Assembly (NCBI GenBank): GCA_021107635.1
Contig: JAIOSL010000007.1
Location: forward strand, 36,188 to 100,187
Direction of reading: 5' to 3'
From: an archaeon
GTDB lineage: Archaea; B1Sed10-29; WALL01; JAGHAM01
Length of the DNA stretch: 64,000 nt
Shown: one piece after another, positions 26,444 to 37,227 of the stretch
How positions within the stretch are numbered: position 1 is the stretch's first letter
How the letters are laid out: each line of letters starts with the position of its first letter
Program-made: the position numbers and the translations under genes
Notes under the pieces: generated by a model
The model's input: only the letters and a program-made list of their open reading frames with translations
Database searches by the model: none
Told to the model about the DNA's origin: nothing

Positions 26444-28354
26444 ATGGGGGCAAAAAACACTTTACTCACTCTGCTGATTTTACTTTCATCAGCTTCTGCT
26501 TTATCACTAACTGTGAACACACCATCAAATGGAGAATACTTCAACATTCAAGAAATAAGTTTTTCTGTTAATGCAGAAACAAATATCACTGCAGTAACAA
26601 TCTCAATAAATGACACTAATGAAGCAATGCAAACCACAGACAACACTACTTGGACATACACTACTACCCTATCTGATGGCTACTGGAGCACAACTTTTGA
26701 AGCAACAAACGGTACTGAAAATATTACAGAAACAATAACCTTTTACGTTGATACTATCTCACCAGCAATAACAATCCTATCTCCAGAAAATTCTTCGTAC
26801 ACAGAAACACAACTCAATTTTACCTATCAAGACATAAACCTTGATTCCTGCTTTTACAGTCTCAACGAAAACACAAACCAAACTATCTCATCTAATGGAA
26901 CTGTTTTCTCCGAATCAGGCACACACCACATTGAATTATGGTGTGAAGATCTTGCAAGCAATCAAGGATACGCTCAACAATGGTTTACCATAGAAGAACA
27001 AAACACTAACCAAGCACCATCAATAACAATAGTCAATCCTTCTGGTGGAACACACCAAGATATGGACGAATTCACAGTCAAAGCAACAGATGACACTGAA
27101 ACAAGCATTGATTGTAAATATCAATTAGATTCAGAAGGATGGACCAGCTTTAATCTCAATAACAACACCGAAAAGACTCTAACTTTAGATTATATCGACT
27201 CAGATGGTTCCCATACCATATATGTTAACTGCTCAGATGGCAATCTAACGAGTCAAACTTCTCGATCTTTCACAATAGACACAGAGCCACCAACAGATGT
27301 AACAATAGAAATCAACGATGGAGACGCAGAAACTGATTCAAAAGAAGTAACTCTCACCCTACACGCTTCCGGCGCAAACAAATGCAGACTAAGTGAAGAT
27401 GAAGACGATTGGACTGACTGGAAAACATCAAAGAACGAAGATTACGATTATACTCTTTCAAGTGGAACTGGCAGAAAAACCGTTTACTATCAATGTAAAG
27501 ACAGTGTAGGAAATGACATAACAAGCTATGATTCAATAGAATACACTTTATGTGGTAACGGAAAACTAGATGATGGCGAAGAATGTGATGGAAGTAGGGT
27601 ACGCTTAGGATACATCTGTTCTTCTGATTGTAAAGGTTCATACAAAGATCCAAATTATGAAACAGAAATTTCTCCTCCATCTAACTCTTATGATTCACGA
27701 TCTTATCCAGTTTCACTCAAACCAACAGCAGATAATACAAGCAGTGTCTTCAAAAAAATGTTCAACAACTCAGCTGAAATTTACGAGCTATCCCAGCAAG
27801 CAATCAATGATTTAAAACTTTCTGCTACCATCAAAAAAGAAGAATATCCTTTAATCTCGCTTACTGGAACCTATTCTGGAAATCAAACTCTAGAAAATTT
27901 GATAATCATATTTAAACTTCCAGAAAGCTTTGCTTCTTCATCAGATGACGTAGAAGTAATTACTGCAGCTGAAGTTGAAACACTTAAAGAACTGCTTTAC
28001 TCAGTAAATTTCAAAAACATTAAAAAAGGCGGTTCCTTCTCAGCAACATTCACTGCCAGTCAAAACGGAGACCTAATTGAAATAAAGAATGACATAGAAC
28101 ATCCCACGATACTAGCAAAAATAACTCAAACAGAAACACCTGAACTACTACAAATCCCAACTCAACCAGAAACAACTTCTATTCAGGCAACAGAAAACCA
28201 GACAGAAGAACTTGAACAAGATATGTCTCTTGTAACCGGTGCAATAGTTCTAGGAAGTGCAACTCTATTAGTGCTTGGTTTAGTAATAGTGGTCTTGCTT
28301 GCAGTTGTAGTATTTTTCCTTTCACGCAGAAAGCGTTCCGGGGCAAGAATGTAA
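26444..28354 (+). CDS. Cell-surface protein with tandem Ig-like domains, a CGNG..EECD Cys motif and a C-terminal anchor
   Basis: Signal peptide; repeated VDTISPAITI and IDTEPP domain boundaries; many N-x-S/T sequons; CGNGKLDDGEECDG; TM helix followed by RRKR. Confidence 0.85.
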   Translation: MGAKNTLLTLLILLSSASALSLTVNTPSNGEYFNIQEISFSVNAETNITAVTISINDTNEAMQTTDNTTWTYTTTLSDGYWSTTFEATNGTENITETITFYVDTISPAITILSPENSSYTETQLNFTYQDINLDSCFYSLNENTNQTISSNGTVFSESGTHHIELWCEDLASNQGYAQQWFTIEEQNTNQAPSITIVNPSGGTHQDMDEFTVKATDDTETSIDCKYQLDSEGWTSFNLNNNTEKTLTLDYIDSDGSHTIYVNCSDGNLTSQTSRSFTIDTEPPTDVTIEINDGDAETDSKEVTLTLHASGANKCRLSEDEDDWTDWKTSKNEDYDYTLSSGTGRKTVYYQCKDSVGNDITSYDSIEYTLCGNGKLDDGEECDGSRVRLGYICSSDCKGSYKDPNYETEISPPSNSYDSRSYPVSLKPTADNTSSVFKKMFNNSAEIYELSQQAINDLKLSATIKKEEYPLISLTGTYSGNQTLENLIIIFKLPESFASSSDDVEVITAAEVETLKELLYSVNFKNIKKGGSFSATFTASQNGDLIEIKNDIEHPTILAKITQTETPELLQIPTQPETTSIQATENQTEELEQDMSLVTGAIVLGSATLLVLGLVIVVLLAVVVFFLSRRKRSGARM

Positions 28355-28357
28355 AAA

Positions 28358-30316
28358 CTAATCTTTGTTCTGTATCTTAAGCAATAAAGTAGAAATTACT
28401 GTGCTTACTATACTCCATAGCACCAGGTAACTAGAAGAAAGCAGTACGTTAACCAAATCAAAACCTTTATCACTGTAAATAAGCAAGCTATTCAAGACAT
28501 TCACTGCACTCGTTAACGGACTCAAAAGACTAACCGTTCGCATCATTGGAAGCATTAACTCCCATGGAAAAAACACTCCAGACAAAAACATCAAAGGCAA
28601 GCAAATAACCAAAGAAGCGAGTATGGCAGTGTTCTCCGTTTTCGAAGCTGAAGCAATCATCATTCCAATAGCTGCAGAAGTCATTGCAAGCATACATGCA
28701 ACAATGAATGCTGCTGGAATCATGATCATGTTTAATCTCACTTGGAACAACACTAGTGCTATACCAAACAATATTACTACCTGAAAAGAAGCTATCAACA
28801 AAGTCACTAAAATCTTTCCAAAAACAAACCAAAACGTGTTCACTGGAGCCATCTTCAGCCTGTGCAGGGTACCACGTTGTTTTTCTCTAATCACTGTAAC
28901 TGCAGCAAAAAGAACTGAAACAAACATGACAATTATTGAAAGGACAGCAGGGAAAAAAGCATCAATGTTCCTGAAATTTCCGAAAAGCTTGTGAGTATTC
29001 AGAGCAATAGGACTAACTACACTAGTTTCATCTCTACTAGTAAGCGTTTCAAGCATGGTAGAAGAATTTTTTGCACTGTCTTTAAGAGAATCAATGTTAC
29101 CTAAAGTTGAATCAAGAAGAGTCTCTGCATTAGCAAGAGTTTGCTGAGAATTAGCTTTTGTTAATTCAAGCTCATCCATTGTTTCTTGCATATAAGCAAA
29201 GCTATTTTTCATGTCATCTATATCTGAAGTGTCACTGAGACTATTTTTAAGATATATTAATTCATTTTCAATCTCATCAATTTTTTTCTGAGAGTTACTT
29301 AAATCATCCTGTAAATCATCAATATTGTCCCTATGATTATCCACATCAATAATCAAAGCATCGATGTTGTTTATAGCATCTTCTAAATCATTACATAATG
29401 CGACCCATCTGTTAATGTACTCATCAATAGATGGATCTCCAGTATATGGGGGATTTGAAGCTTCCCAACATTCTCCATCATTATATGATTGTTGTAAATC
29501 ACTTCTTGTTTGAACTAGGTCGTTCCTAGTTTGAATTAAATCAGAATCAGTTTGATCTAAAGTTGAACTAGCATCACTAATGTACACCTGCATCTCGTTT
29601 ACATCTTCTAAATATCTTTCTACATCTGCTCTATACGTATTAATCTCTACTTCTGTGTCCTCCACATTTTCTACTGCGTTGTTCAAACGATATTTCATTG
29701 AGTCAACGTCAATATTATCCATATCTTCAGAAACACGGTTCATTTCATCCTTCAAAGAAGCAAACTCGCTTTTGGTATCATCTAAACTTTCTTCAAGTCC
29801 CGTCAAATTATCTGCCATGTAGTCAAGGTTTATCCAAGTAGCTTTAACAAACTCAATACTAATGTTCTCAGAAGTTTTTCCAATGTATCCATCCATAACA
29901 GAAGTAAGTATCATTGCTAACTGAGGATGACCATCATTAACTGTAATGTTTATCCTTTTTTGTTCTCCCTTTTCTATTCCTTCCTGATATCCTAAAGGAA
30001 TGCTAACCAAAGCCATGAGGCGGCCTTCATTCAACTCTATTCTTAATTGTTGGTCACATTCGCCACTCTCAGGTATGACTGCTTCAAAATTCTTGCTTAT
30101 GAATTCTGTAAACTTTCCTGAAAACTCAGATTGATCTTGATCACAAACACCTACTCTGATTGCAGACATTTGTTCAAGCTCTGGTTGACTAGAAGAAGAA
30201 AAAATCAATCCTATTACTATCATAATAAGCAAAGGACCCATCAAAATCAAAAACACTGTTTTAGGATCTCTCTTTAAAATTCTCAGATCCTTCAAGAAAA
30301 GAAAAAACAATTTCAT
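28358..30316 (-). CDS. ABC-2 type permease with a long extracellular coiled coil (YhgE/Pip-like)
   Basis: KDLRILKRDPKT N-terminus; REKQRGTLHRL and FLSGVFFP...SPLT; central acidic heptad region. Confidence 0.88.
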   Translation of the reverse strand: MKLFFLFLKDLRILKRDPKTVFLILMGPLLIMIVIGLIFSSSSQPELEQMSAIRVGVCDQDQSEFSGKFTEFISKNFEAVIPESGECDQQLRIELNEGRLMALVSIPLGYQEGIEKGEQKRINITVNDGHPQLAMILTSVMDGYIGKTSENISIEFVKATWINLDYMADNLTGLEESLDDTKSEFASLKDEMNRVSEDMDNIDVDSMKYRLNNAVENVEDTEVEINTYRADVERYLEDVNEMQVYISDASSTLDQTDSDLIQTRNDLVQTRSDLQQSYNDGECWEASNPPYTGDPSIDEYINRWVALCNDLEDAINNIDALIIDVDNHRDNIDDLQDDLSNSQKKIDEIENELIYLKNSLSDTSDIDDMKNSFAYMQETMDELELTKANSQQTLANAETLLDSTLGNIDSLKDSAKNSSTMLETLTSRDETSVVSPIALNTHKLFGNFRNIDAFFPAVLSIIVMFVSVLFAAVTVIREKQRGTLHRLKMAPVNTFWFVFGKILVTLLIASFQVVILFGIALVLFQVRLNMIMIPAAFIVACMLAMTSAAIGMMIASASKTENTAILASLVICLPLMFLSGVFFPWELMLPMMRTVSLLSPLTSAVNVLNSLLIYSDKGFDLVNVLLSSSYLVLWSIVSTVISTLLLKIQNKD

Positions 30317-31287
30317 TCTTTCTCCTCCTTAGTTTTTGAAAGCTTGTCTTTACTCTCTTTCAAGACCGGCTTTTCTTTTTCTCCAACAGTCAAAGCCATG
30401 AAAACATCTTCAAGAGTCGATTTTCTGATATTGACTCCTATAACTTCTTCTTTCAACTCTTCAGCATGCCTTATAAGTTTAGGCAAAACTTTTTCTGAAT
30501 GTTTTGTTCTAACTTCAATGTAATGCGGAAGTTTTCTAACTCCAGAGACAGAAGGAATAATCTCAGCAAACTTTGCTATTTTATTAATCTCTTTTCCCGG
30601 AGAAGTCCTAAACTCAATCACATCCTCTCCAACCAAATCACGTAAATTAGATGGCTCGCCGACAGCAATCACTCTACCCTGATTCATTATTGCTATCCTA
30701 TCACACAAGGAGTCCGCTTCATCCATGTAATGAGTTGTTATTAAAATAGTCATTCCTTGCTCATTCATGTCATTAACTATCTTCCACAGTGCCTGCCTAG
30801 CATCCGGATCTAAGCCTACTGTTGGTTCATCAAGGATTAACATTCTAGGATTATGAACTAAAGAACAACCAATACTAAGTCTGCGCTTCATTCCACCAGA
30901 CAAAAATTTAGCCCGAACATTCGTTTTATCTTCTAGATTCAGCGATTTAACGAGCTTTTCCATTCTTTTCGTTATTTTAGAACCTTCTACTCCATACATA
31001 TGAGCAAAAAACACAAGATTTTCCCAGACAGTTAATTCTTCATAAAAACTATTTTCTTGAGGAGTTACTCCTATTACATTCTTGTCTATTTTTTTCCCAA
31101 AAATCTTTAACTCTCCCCCTTCATAAACCATACTGCCTGACATTATCTTTATTAGCGTGCTTTTTCCTGCTCCGTTAGGACCAAGCAAACCAAAAATTTC
31201 TCCTTTATGGATATTAAGAGAAACTTTCTTCAAAGCATGTAACTTTCCAAACATCTTATCTAATTTATTAATCTCTAATGCTTCCAC
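30313..31287 (-). CDS. ABC transporter ATP-binding protein (DrrA-like)
   Basis: GPNGAGKST, LSGGMKRR, ILDEPT, TTHYMDEA and TLEDVF. Confidence 0.95.
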   Translation of the reverse strand: MEALEINKLDKMFGKLHALKKVSLNIHKGEIFGLLGPNGAGKSTLIKIMSGSMVYEGGELKIFGKKIDKNVIGVTPQENSFYEELTVWENLVFFAHMYGVEGSKITKRMEKLVKSLNLEDKTNVRAKFLSGGMKRRLSIGCSLVHNPRMLILDEPTVGLDPDARQALWKIVNDMNEQGMTILITTHYMDEADSLCDRIAIMNQGRVIAVGEPSNLRDLVGEDVIEFRTSPGKEINKIAKFAEIIPSVSGVRKLPHYIEVRTKHSEKVLPKLIRHAEELKEEVIGVNIRKSTLEDVFMALTVGEKEKPVLKESKDKLSKTKEEKE

Positions 31288-31366
31288 GCGAGAAATAACG
31301 CAAAAAATGTTTAAAAAACTATCTAAGCGTTAAAGTAAAATACCTCCTTCTTCGTAAAAATATTGT

Positions 31367-31651
31367 ATGCAACTAAGAAGAATTTTAATTGACGTGCTCA
31401 AACCGCATGACCCTTCAATCATAGTCTATGCTGAAAAACTTGCAGCTCTGAAATGTGTTGATGGTGTGAACATACTAGTCGTAGAAATCGATGACAAGAC
31501 AGAGAGCATAGGTGTTACCATTGAAGGCGGTTCTTTAAACTTTAATTCAATAGAAAAAGTAATTGAAAAACTTGGCGGTTCAATTCACTCCGTAGACATG
31601 GTTTCTGCAGGCTCTCATGTAGTAGAAGCAGCAAGCGAAGAGAGCGGTTAA
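31367..31651 (+). CDS. DUF211 family protein
   Basis: RRILIDVLKPHDP...GGSIHSVD motif. Confidence 0.9.
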   Translation: MQLRRILIDVLKPHDPSIIVYAEKLAALKCVDGVNILVVEIDDKTESIGVTIEGGSLNFNSIEKVIEKLGGSIHSVDMVSAGSHVVEAASEESG

Positions 31652-31654
31652 AAA

Positions 31655-32173
31655 ATGATGAACAATTTTGTCAGAGGATTCATAGATGGATCTCTTTCAA
31701 CTCTAGGAGTTCTAATAGGCGCATCTGCTGGAGATACCAGTATTATTCTTTCTGCAGGGTTAGGCGGTACACTAGCTAATGGAGTCTCAAACATGCTAGG
31801 AGCATTCTCCGCGGAAAAAGCCAAACAATACGGTGAACTAAGACAAGTAGAAAAAGCAATGGTTGCAACCAACCTAAAAGATTCCATTCTAGATCAAAGA
31901 ATTGGACCAGAAATCAAAAAAGCAGGTGTTATAGATGGAATAGCCACAATCATTGGCGGCATCATTCCAATAATCCCCTTTTTTCTAATGCACCCAGCTC
32001 AAGCAACTCTAGTCGCAATAGGAACCGTGCTTCTACTATTAGTTATTCTAGGAGTATACCTAGGAAAAATTTCAAAAGAAAACATTATTTTATCAGCAAT
32101 AAAAATGGTCGTGTTAGGTATTGTTATCGCTTTACTCTCTTTTGGAGTACAATACATTTTCACTCCCGTATGA
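31655..32173 (+). CDS. VIT1/CCC1-family membrane protein (TIGR00267-like)
   Basis: GFIDGSLSTLG, ANGVSNMLGA...AE and IPIIPF; follows DUF211 as in other archaea. Confidence 0.88.
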   Translation: MMNNFVRGFIDGSLSTLGVLIGASAGDTSIILSAGLGGTLANGVSNMLGAFSAEKAKQYGELRQVEKAMVATNLKDSILDQRIGPEIKKAGVIDGIATIIGGIIPIIPFFLMHPAQATLVAIGTVLLLLVILGVYLGKISKENIILSAIKMVVLGIVIALLSFGVQYIFTPV

Positions 32174-32203
32174 CATTTAAATAAAGTCCATTCTAATATA
32201 CTC

Positions 32204-32989
32204 ATGGAAGTAGAACTAGACTTAACAAAAAGCATTCCAGAAAATGCTGCTCTTTACTACGAACAATCAAAAAAATCCAAGAAAAAACTAGAAGGACTAA
32301 GAGAAGCAATCCAAAAAACCAAGAAAGAACTAACCCTAAAACAAGAAAAAGCAGAAGAAATTGCCAAACAAACACGAAAAAAGAAACGAGAACGCGAATG
32401 GTACGAAAAATACCACTGGTTTTTTACCACTCAAGGACTGCTTGTACTTGCAGGAAGAGATGTTAAATCCAATCAAGAAATCGTAAAAAAACACATGCAA
32501 AGCAACGACTTATACTTTCACGCAGACATTCACGGTGCACCATCAACAGTAATCCAATCTGAAAGTAAACAAATCAATGAAAAAAGCAAAGAACAAGCAG
32601 CAGCATTTGCAGGCACTTACTCCAAAGCATTTTCTGCAGGACTTGAAACAGTTGACGTATATTCTGTTGAACCAAACCAAGTTAAAACCGCAGCCAAAAG
32701 CGGTGAATTCCTGCCTAAAGGCGGATTTGTAATACTAGGACAACGCGAATGGTACAAAAAAACACCAGTGCGCGCAGCTGTATCCTATGATCCAAAAAAA
32801 GCACGTCCTATTGTAGGGCCTCCAGATTCAATCAAAAGCAAATCTCTAGTGATTGCCCCAGGCAGAAACAGTAAAGGAGAAATCGCTAAAAAAGCTAAAG
32901 CCTTCCTAGAAAGAGAATTTAATACAGAAATATCCTTAGATGAAATAATTCAACTATTACCTACTGGTGGCGGAAGAGTGCTAAAATGA
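32204..32989 (+). CDS. NFACT-R (DUF814) domain protein, short Rqc2/RqcH homologue
   Basis: ENAALYYEQSKK coiled coil; WYEKYHWF, GRDVKSN, FHADIHGA and SGEFLPKGGFVI. Confidence 0.9.
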   Translation: MEVELDLTKSIPENAALYYEQSKKSKKKLEGLREAIQKTKKELTLKQEKAEEIAKQTRKKKREREWYEKYHWFFTTQGLLVLAGRDVKSNQEIVKKHMQSNDLYFHADIHGAPSTVIQSESKQINEKSKEQAAAFAGTYSKAFSAGLETVDVYSVEPNQVKTAAKSGEFLPKGGFVILGQREWYKKTPVRAAVSYDPKKARPIVGPPDSIKSKSLVIAPGRNSKGEIAKKAKAFLEREFNTEISLDEIIQLLPTGGGRVLK

Positions 32990-33162
32990 AAAGTTTTTTT
33001 GAAATGATAAACGACTGGAACTTTGCGCTTGCTTTAATAGCAGCGTTTTTAATTGCAGGATATGACCTTGCTTACGGAACAAAAATAATTGGAACAATAT
33101 TCTTATTTCTCATAATGGGAGCAATAGCTCTAAACATTTGGAAGACCCGCAAAAAAAGCTAG
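32986..33162 (+). CDS. 58-aa two-TM membrane protein (absent from the ORF track)
   Basis: Hand translation MKSFFEMINDWNFALALIAAFLIAGYDLAYGTKIIGTIFLFLIMGAIALNIWKTRKKS; ATGA overlap with the upstream stop; fills the gap exactly. Confidence 0.7.
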   Translation: MKSFFEMINDWNFALALIAAFLIAGYDLAYGTKIIGTIFLFLIMGAIALNIWKTRKKS

Positions 33163-33425
33163 TTTCTACCCATTTGTCTTTCTTGACTCCTAGAAAAACC
33201 TTTAGACTTCAACTCTTCCGGAGCAATTTGCGCGCGCCAATAATTGTCAAATTGATCTGTTACAACAAGATCTATCTTTTGGCCGAGCATTTCTTTACCA
33301 AAAGCTTTCAAGTACTGTTGTGTAGGAGCATGATTCTTATCTAACAAAATAATTGGACTCCCAAATGCGTGTATTATGTAACCTCCTTCTCTACCTACTT
33401 TTAAAACACCACTCATTTCATACAT
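33159..33425 (-). CDS. Hypothetical protein
   Basis: 88-aa ORF 15 nt downstream of radB on the same strand, with a purine-rich GAGAGTGA RBS-like site. Confidence 0.65.
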   Translation of the reverse strand: MYEMSGVLKVGREGGYIIHAFGSPIILLDKNHAPTQQYLKAFGKEMLGQKIDLVVTDQFDNYWRAQIAPEELKSKGFSRSQERQMGRN

Positions 33426-33440
33426 ACAATCACTCTCTTT

Positions 33441-34085
33441 TCAAACTATTCCTTGTTCGGCAATATTAAAATTCTTTTCCTTACCTGACTCTACAAACAA
33501 ATGCTTAATCAATTTTGCTTTCCTTTCCGGTTTCAACTCAAGCACTATCTTAGAACCATACTTAAGCGTGTCTCCACCAACTGGTTCAACCCTGCCAGTA
33601 TCAATACTAGTATACACTTGATTAGTGACAAGTACTGCCAAATCTTTTTTTCTTGACAATTCAAGCAAATCAGCCAGCTGTCTGCCAAGCACTCTACTAG
33701 AACTCCTAGGCTTATCCTGATCCATCTCCAAACGATAATGATAAACAATAGAATCCACAACAACCAAACCAACATCTTTGTACCTAACTAAATCCTTAAT
33801 CATTTGTCCCTGTTCGCGCATGCTTGCAGGTTCCAATAAATACGTGTTGTCAAGCACTTGTTGCTTTTTTTCTCCTGCAATCTGACCTAACCGTTCTTCT
33901 GAAAAACCGCTCTCAGAATCAATAAACACGACTTTCTTTCCCATTTTAACAGCGTTTACAGTAGCTTGTAACGCAATGTTTGTTTTACCAGAACCAGGAG
34001 GTCCATAAACCTGAGTAATCTTTTTAATATGCAAGCCTCCTCCCAGAAGTTCATCTAAAATACACTCAAGTGGAACAAAGTTCAT
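33441..34085 (-). CDS. radB: DNA repair protein RadB
   Basis: LDELLGGG, QVYGPPGSKT-type Walker A (GPPGSGKT), VVDS, TNQVY and PVGG; lacks the RadA N-terminal domain. Confidence 0.92.
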   Translation of the reverse strand: MNFVPLECILDELLGGGLHIKKITQVYGPPGSGKTNIALQATVNAVKMGKKVVFIDSESGFSEERLGQIAGEKKQQVLDNTYLLEPASMREQGQMIKDLVRYKDVGLVVVDSIVYHYRLEMDQDKPRSSSRVLGRQLADLLELSRKKDLAVLVTNQVYTSIDTGRVEPVGGDTLKYGSKIVLELKPERKAKLIKHLFVESGKEKNFNIAEQGIV

Positions 34086-34151
34086 AATAACGTTTTATAT
34101 ATGTATTTTCTCTAATTTATTGCTTGTTTTCCAACTCAAAGGTGTTTTTTA

Positions 34152-36317
34152 ATGGATGATCAAAAACTTAAAGTGCAAGAAGCTCTTCAAAACGATGTAG
34201 GGAGAGGTATAATCCGCTTAGACAGTTCAATTCGAGATCAATTGAAGCTCACGTCCGGCGATATAGTTAAAATAAAAGGCAAAAAAAATACTGCTGGCAT
34301 TGTTTGGCAGAGTTATCCCGAAGATGATGGTCTTGGAATCGCAAGAATGGATGGAATAATGAGGCAGAATGCAGGAGTATCCATTGGAGATCATATTATA
34401 ATAGAAAAAGCTTCCCCAAAACCAGCTAAAAAAGTTGTACTTGCACCAACACAAGCAGTGCGTTTCTCACCAGGCTTCAACAACTATATCCAAAAAAGAC
34501 TTATTGGCAGGCCACTTACAAAAAGAGAAAAGCTGCTCGTAGGAATATTTGGTGCTTCAGTAGTAATGGTTGTAACTAACATTGTGCCAGGAGGTATAGT
34601 CCAAATCACAAGAGATACTCAACTAGAAGTTAGAACAGAACCCGTAAAAGAAATCACTGGCTTACCCCAAGTAACTTACGAAGATATTGGTGGCGTAAGA
34701 GACGAAGTCCAAAAAGTCAGAGAAATGATAGAAATCCCAATGAAACACCCCGAACTGTTCAAGCGTTTGGGAATCGACCCACCAAAAGGAGTTCTTTTAC
34801 ATGGACCACCAGGAACAGGCAAAACATTACTCGCAAAAGCCGTTGCAAACGAGAGTATCGCAAATTTCATTTCCATCCAAGGCCCAGAAATCATGAGCAA
34901 ATTCGTCGGTGAAGCAGAAGAACGTCTACGCAAAGTCTTCCAAGAAGCAGAAAAAAACGCTCCGACAATCATTTTCATAGACGAACTTGATGCAATTGCA
35001 CCAAAAAGAGAAGAAGTTTCCGGAGAAGTCGAACGCAGAGTAGTCGCACAAATGCTTACACTAATGGACGGTCTCCAAGCAAGAGGACAAGTCGTTGTAA
35101 TAGGAGCGACAAACAGAGTTAACGCATTAGATCCTGCCTTACGCAGACCAGGAAGGTTCGACAGAGAAATTGAAATAGGCGTGCCAGATCGCAAAGGCAG
35201 AAAAGAAATTCTTCAGATACACACAAGAAACATGCCAAAAAACAAGGACGTGAGCCTAGACGAATTAGCGGACGTAACTCATGGTTTTGTTGGTGCAGAC
35301 CTAGAAGCACTAGCTAAAGAATCAGCAATGAAAGCACTCAGGAGAGTAATTCCAAAAATGGATTTGGAAGAAGATGAAGGAATTCCTCCAGAAGTATTAG
35401 AAAAACTTGAAGTCACAAGAAGGGACTTCAGAGAAGCCCTAAAAGAAGTTCAACCATCTGCACTGCGAGAAGTCCTAGTTGAAATACCAAACGTTAAATG
35501 GGCTGATGTTGGCGGATTGGACAACGTGAAAAATGATCTGAAGGAAGCTATTGAATGGCCTCTTAAACATCCAGACCGGTTCAGACGTATCGGAATCAGA
35601 CCACCACGTGGCATATTCCTTTTCGGTCCGCCAGGAACAGGCAAAACATTAATGGCACAAGCTGTAGCTAACGAAAGCGATGCAAATTTCATTTCAGTAA
35701 AAGGGCCTGAACTATTATCCAAATGGGTTGGCGAATCAGAAAAAGCAGTAAGAGAAATATTCCGCAAGGCCAGACAAGCCGCACCAGTAATCATCTTTTT
35801 CGACGAAATCGATGCACTCGCACCAGCAAGAGGAGCAAATATTGGCTCACATGTCACTGAAACAGTAGTCAACCAACTGCTCACAGAACTGGATGGAGTC
35901 GAAGACTTGAAAGACGTAGTTGTACTAGCAGCATCCAACCGGCCAGAGCTAGTAGATCCAAGCTTGTTAAGACCCGGTCGATTCGATAGACTCATTCCGA
36001 TTCCAGTACCCGATGAAAAAGGCAGGCTAGAAATACTAGAGGTCCATACTAAAGACGTGCCACTGGATAAAGACGTTAACCTGAAAGATTTAGCCAAACG
36101 TTCAATTAACTTTTCAGGAGCAGACATTTCTGCTTTAGTCAGAGAAGCTGGAATGACTGCACTACGAAAAAATCCAGACACTAAAAAAGTCACTAAAAAA
36201 GATTTTGAAGCAGCACTGCGTGTCATAAAACCGTCAATTATTGAATCAGAAATAGAAAAATATCAGAAATTTCATCAAGAATTCGGAGACAAGGCAGACA
36301 CAAGCTACATTGGTTAA
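34152..36317 (+). CDS. cdc48: CDC48/VCP-family AAA ATPase
   Basis: N domain ([10 protein letters not shown]) and two AAA modules, each with GPPGTGKT and RPGRFDR. Confidence 0.97.
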   Translation: MDDQKLKVQEALQNDVGRGIIRLDSSIRDQLKLTSGDIVKIKGKKNTAGIVWQSYPEDDGLGIARMDGIMRQNAGVSIGDHIIIEKASPKPAKKVVLAPTQAVRFSPGFNNYIQKRLIGRPLTKREKLLVGIFGASVVMVVTNIVPGGIVQITRDTQLEVRTEPVKEITGLPQVTYEDIGGVRDEVQKVREMIEIPMKHPELFKRLGIDPPKGVLLHGPPGTGKTLLAKAVANESIANFISIQGPEIMSKFVGEAEERLRKVFQEAEKNAPTIIFIDELDAIAPKREEVSGEVERRVVAQMLTLMDGLQARGQVVVIGATNRVNALDPALRRPGRFDREIEIGVPDRKGRKEILQIHTRNMPKNKDVSLDELADVTHGFVGADLEALAKESAMKALRRVIPKMDLEEDEGIPPEVLEKLEVTRRDFREALKEVQPSALREVLVEIPNVKWADVGGLDNVKNDLKEAIEWPLKHPDRFRRIGIRPPRGIFLFGPPGTGKTLMAQAVANESDANFISVKGPELLSKWVGESEKAVREIFRKARQAAPVIIFFDEIDALAPARGANIGSHVTETVVNQLLTELDGVEDLKDVVVLAASNRPELVDPSLLRPGRFDRLIPIPVPDEKGRLEILEVHTKDVPLDKDVNLKDLAKRSINFSGADISALVREAGMTALRKNPDTKKVTKKDFEAALRVIKPSIIESEIEKYQKFHQEFGDKADTSYIG

Positions 36318-36943
36318 ATACCTAATAGCATTGCAAGCACTTCAAGAATGCGACCCAAGAAAAATGTTAGTGAACCCGCTAAAATAATTGCTACAAGCCA
36401 GGCAGTCGGGTTCCATTGCATTACCTTACTTCCATCTAATGGAGGGAACGGAATCAGGTTAAAGAATCCTAGGAAAAAGTTTACCATTGATCCAATCAAA
36501 CCTAAGTCAAACAAAAAATCGCCCTGTCTTAAACCAATAGAAGCACAATAAAGAAGCAATCCAACAAATGAAAGTCCAACTAAAATGTTAACAAGTGGTC
36601 CAGCTAAAGAAATTTTCCCATTCTCTTCAGGAGTTAATTGCTTACCACCAATATACACAGCTCCTGGAGCAGCAAACAAAAACTGCCCTCTTGTTAGTAT
36701 TGCCATTCCTAATGCAAGAACCAAACCCCAACTCCAAGCCCGGAACACTGCCCAACAACCATATCTTCTGGCAACATACCTGTGAGCCATTTCATGGAAA
36801 ATAAAACCAGTTCCCAAACCTATCAACACAAGCGGAAATCTTGTTAAAAAACTTGGCAAGCCAACATAAGCAGCATTCACGGAAAAAGCAATGCTAAGTG
36901 TAATCCAAGATATTAACAAATGAGTTAATTCTGTTTTATCCAT
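36314..36943 (-). CDS. Site-2 (M50) intramembrane metalloprotease
   Basis: HEMAH, AGPLVN and [13 protein letters not shown]. Confidence 0.93.
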   Translation of the reverse strand: MDKTELTHLLISWITLSIAFSVNAAYVGLPSFLTRFPLVLIGLGTGFIFHEMAHRYVARRYGCWAVFRAWSWGLVLALGMAILTRGQFLFAAPGAVYIGGKQLTPEENGKISLAGPLVNILVGLSFVGLLLYCASIGLRQGDFLFDLGLIGSMVNFFLGFFNLIPFPPLDGSKVMQWNPTAWLVAIILAGSLTFFLGRILEVLAMLLGI

Positions 36944-37042
36944 CGGCGCAACTTTTCTTTTTCCAAGTTTTTAACACTTGCGGACAAAGCATTAAATATT
37001 TTTGAATTCATAATGAAACCAGAACTTTAAAGGGGGGAGGAA

Positions 37043-37222
37043 ATGAGTTTGCTCAGAGAGGAGAGCGCTCAAGTATCTGCAGAATTAATCATAGTAATAG
37101 CAGCAGTACTTGCAGTAGCAGTAATTTTAGTCAAACAATTACGCGACACAGCACAAGACGGATCCAAAAAAATGTCAGAAAAAAGCAAGAAAGTGCTCTC
37201 TGAAATTGATAAAATAAAGTGA
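37043..37222 (+). CDS. 59-aa class III signal-peptide (pilin-like) protein (absent from the ORF track)
   Basis: Hand translation MSLLREESA-QVSAELIIVIAAVLAVAVILVKQL...; GGGGGAGG RBS; QxSxE motif. Confidence 0.85.
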   Translation: MSLLREESAQVSAELIIVIAAVLAVAVILVKQLRDTAQDGSKKMSEKSKKVLSEIDKIK

Positions 37223-37227
37223 CTTTG

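Noticed and set aside
34676-36226. 172-aa and 258-aa minus-strand ORFs
   Set aside because: Antisense shadows of cdc48.
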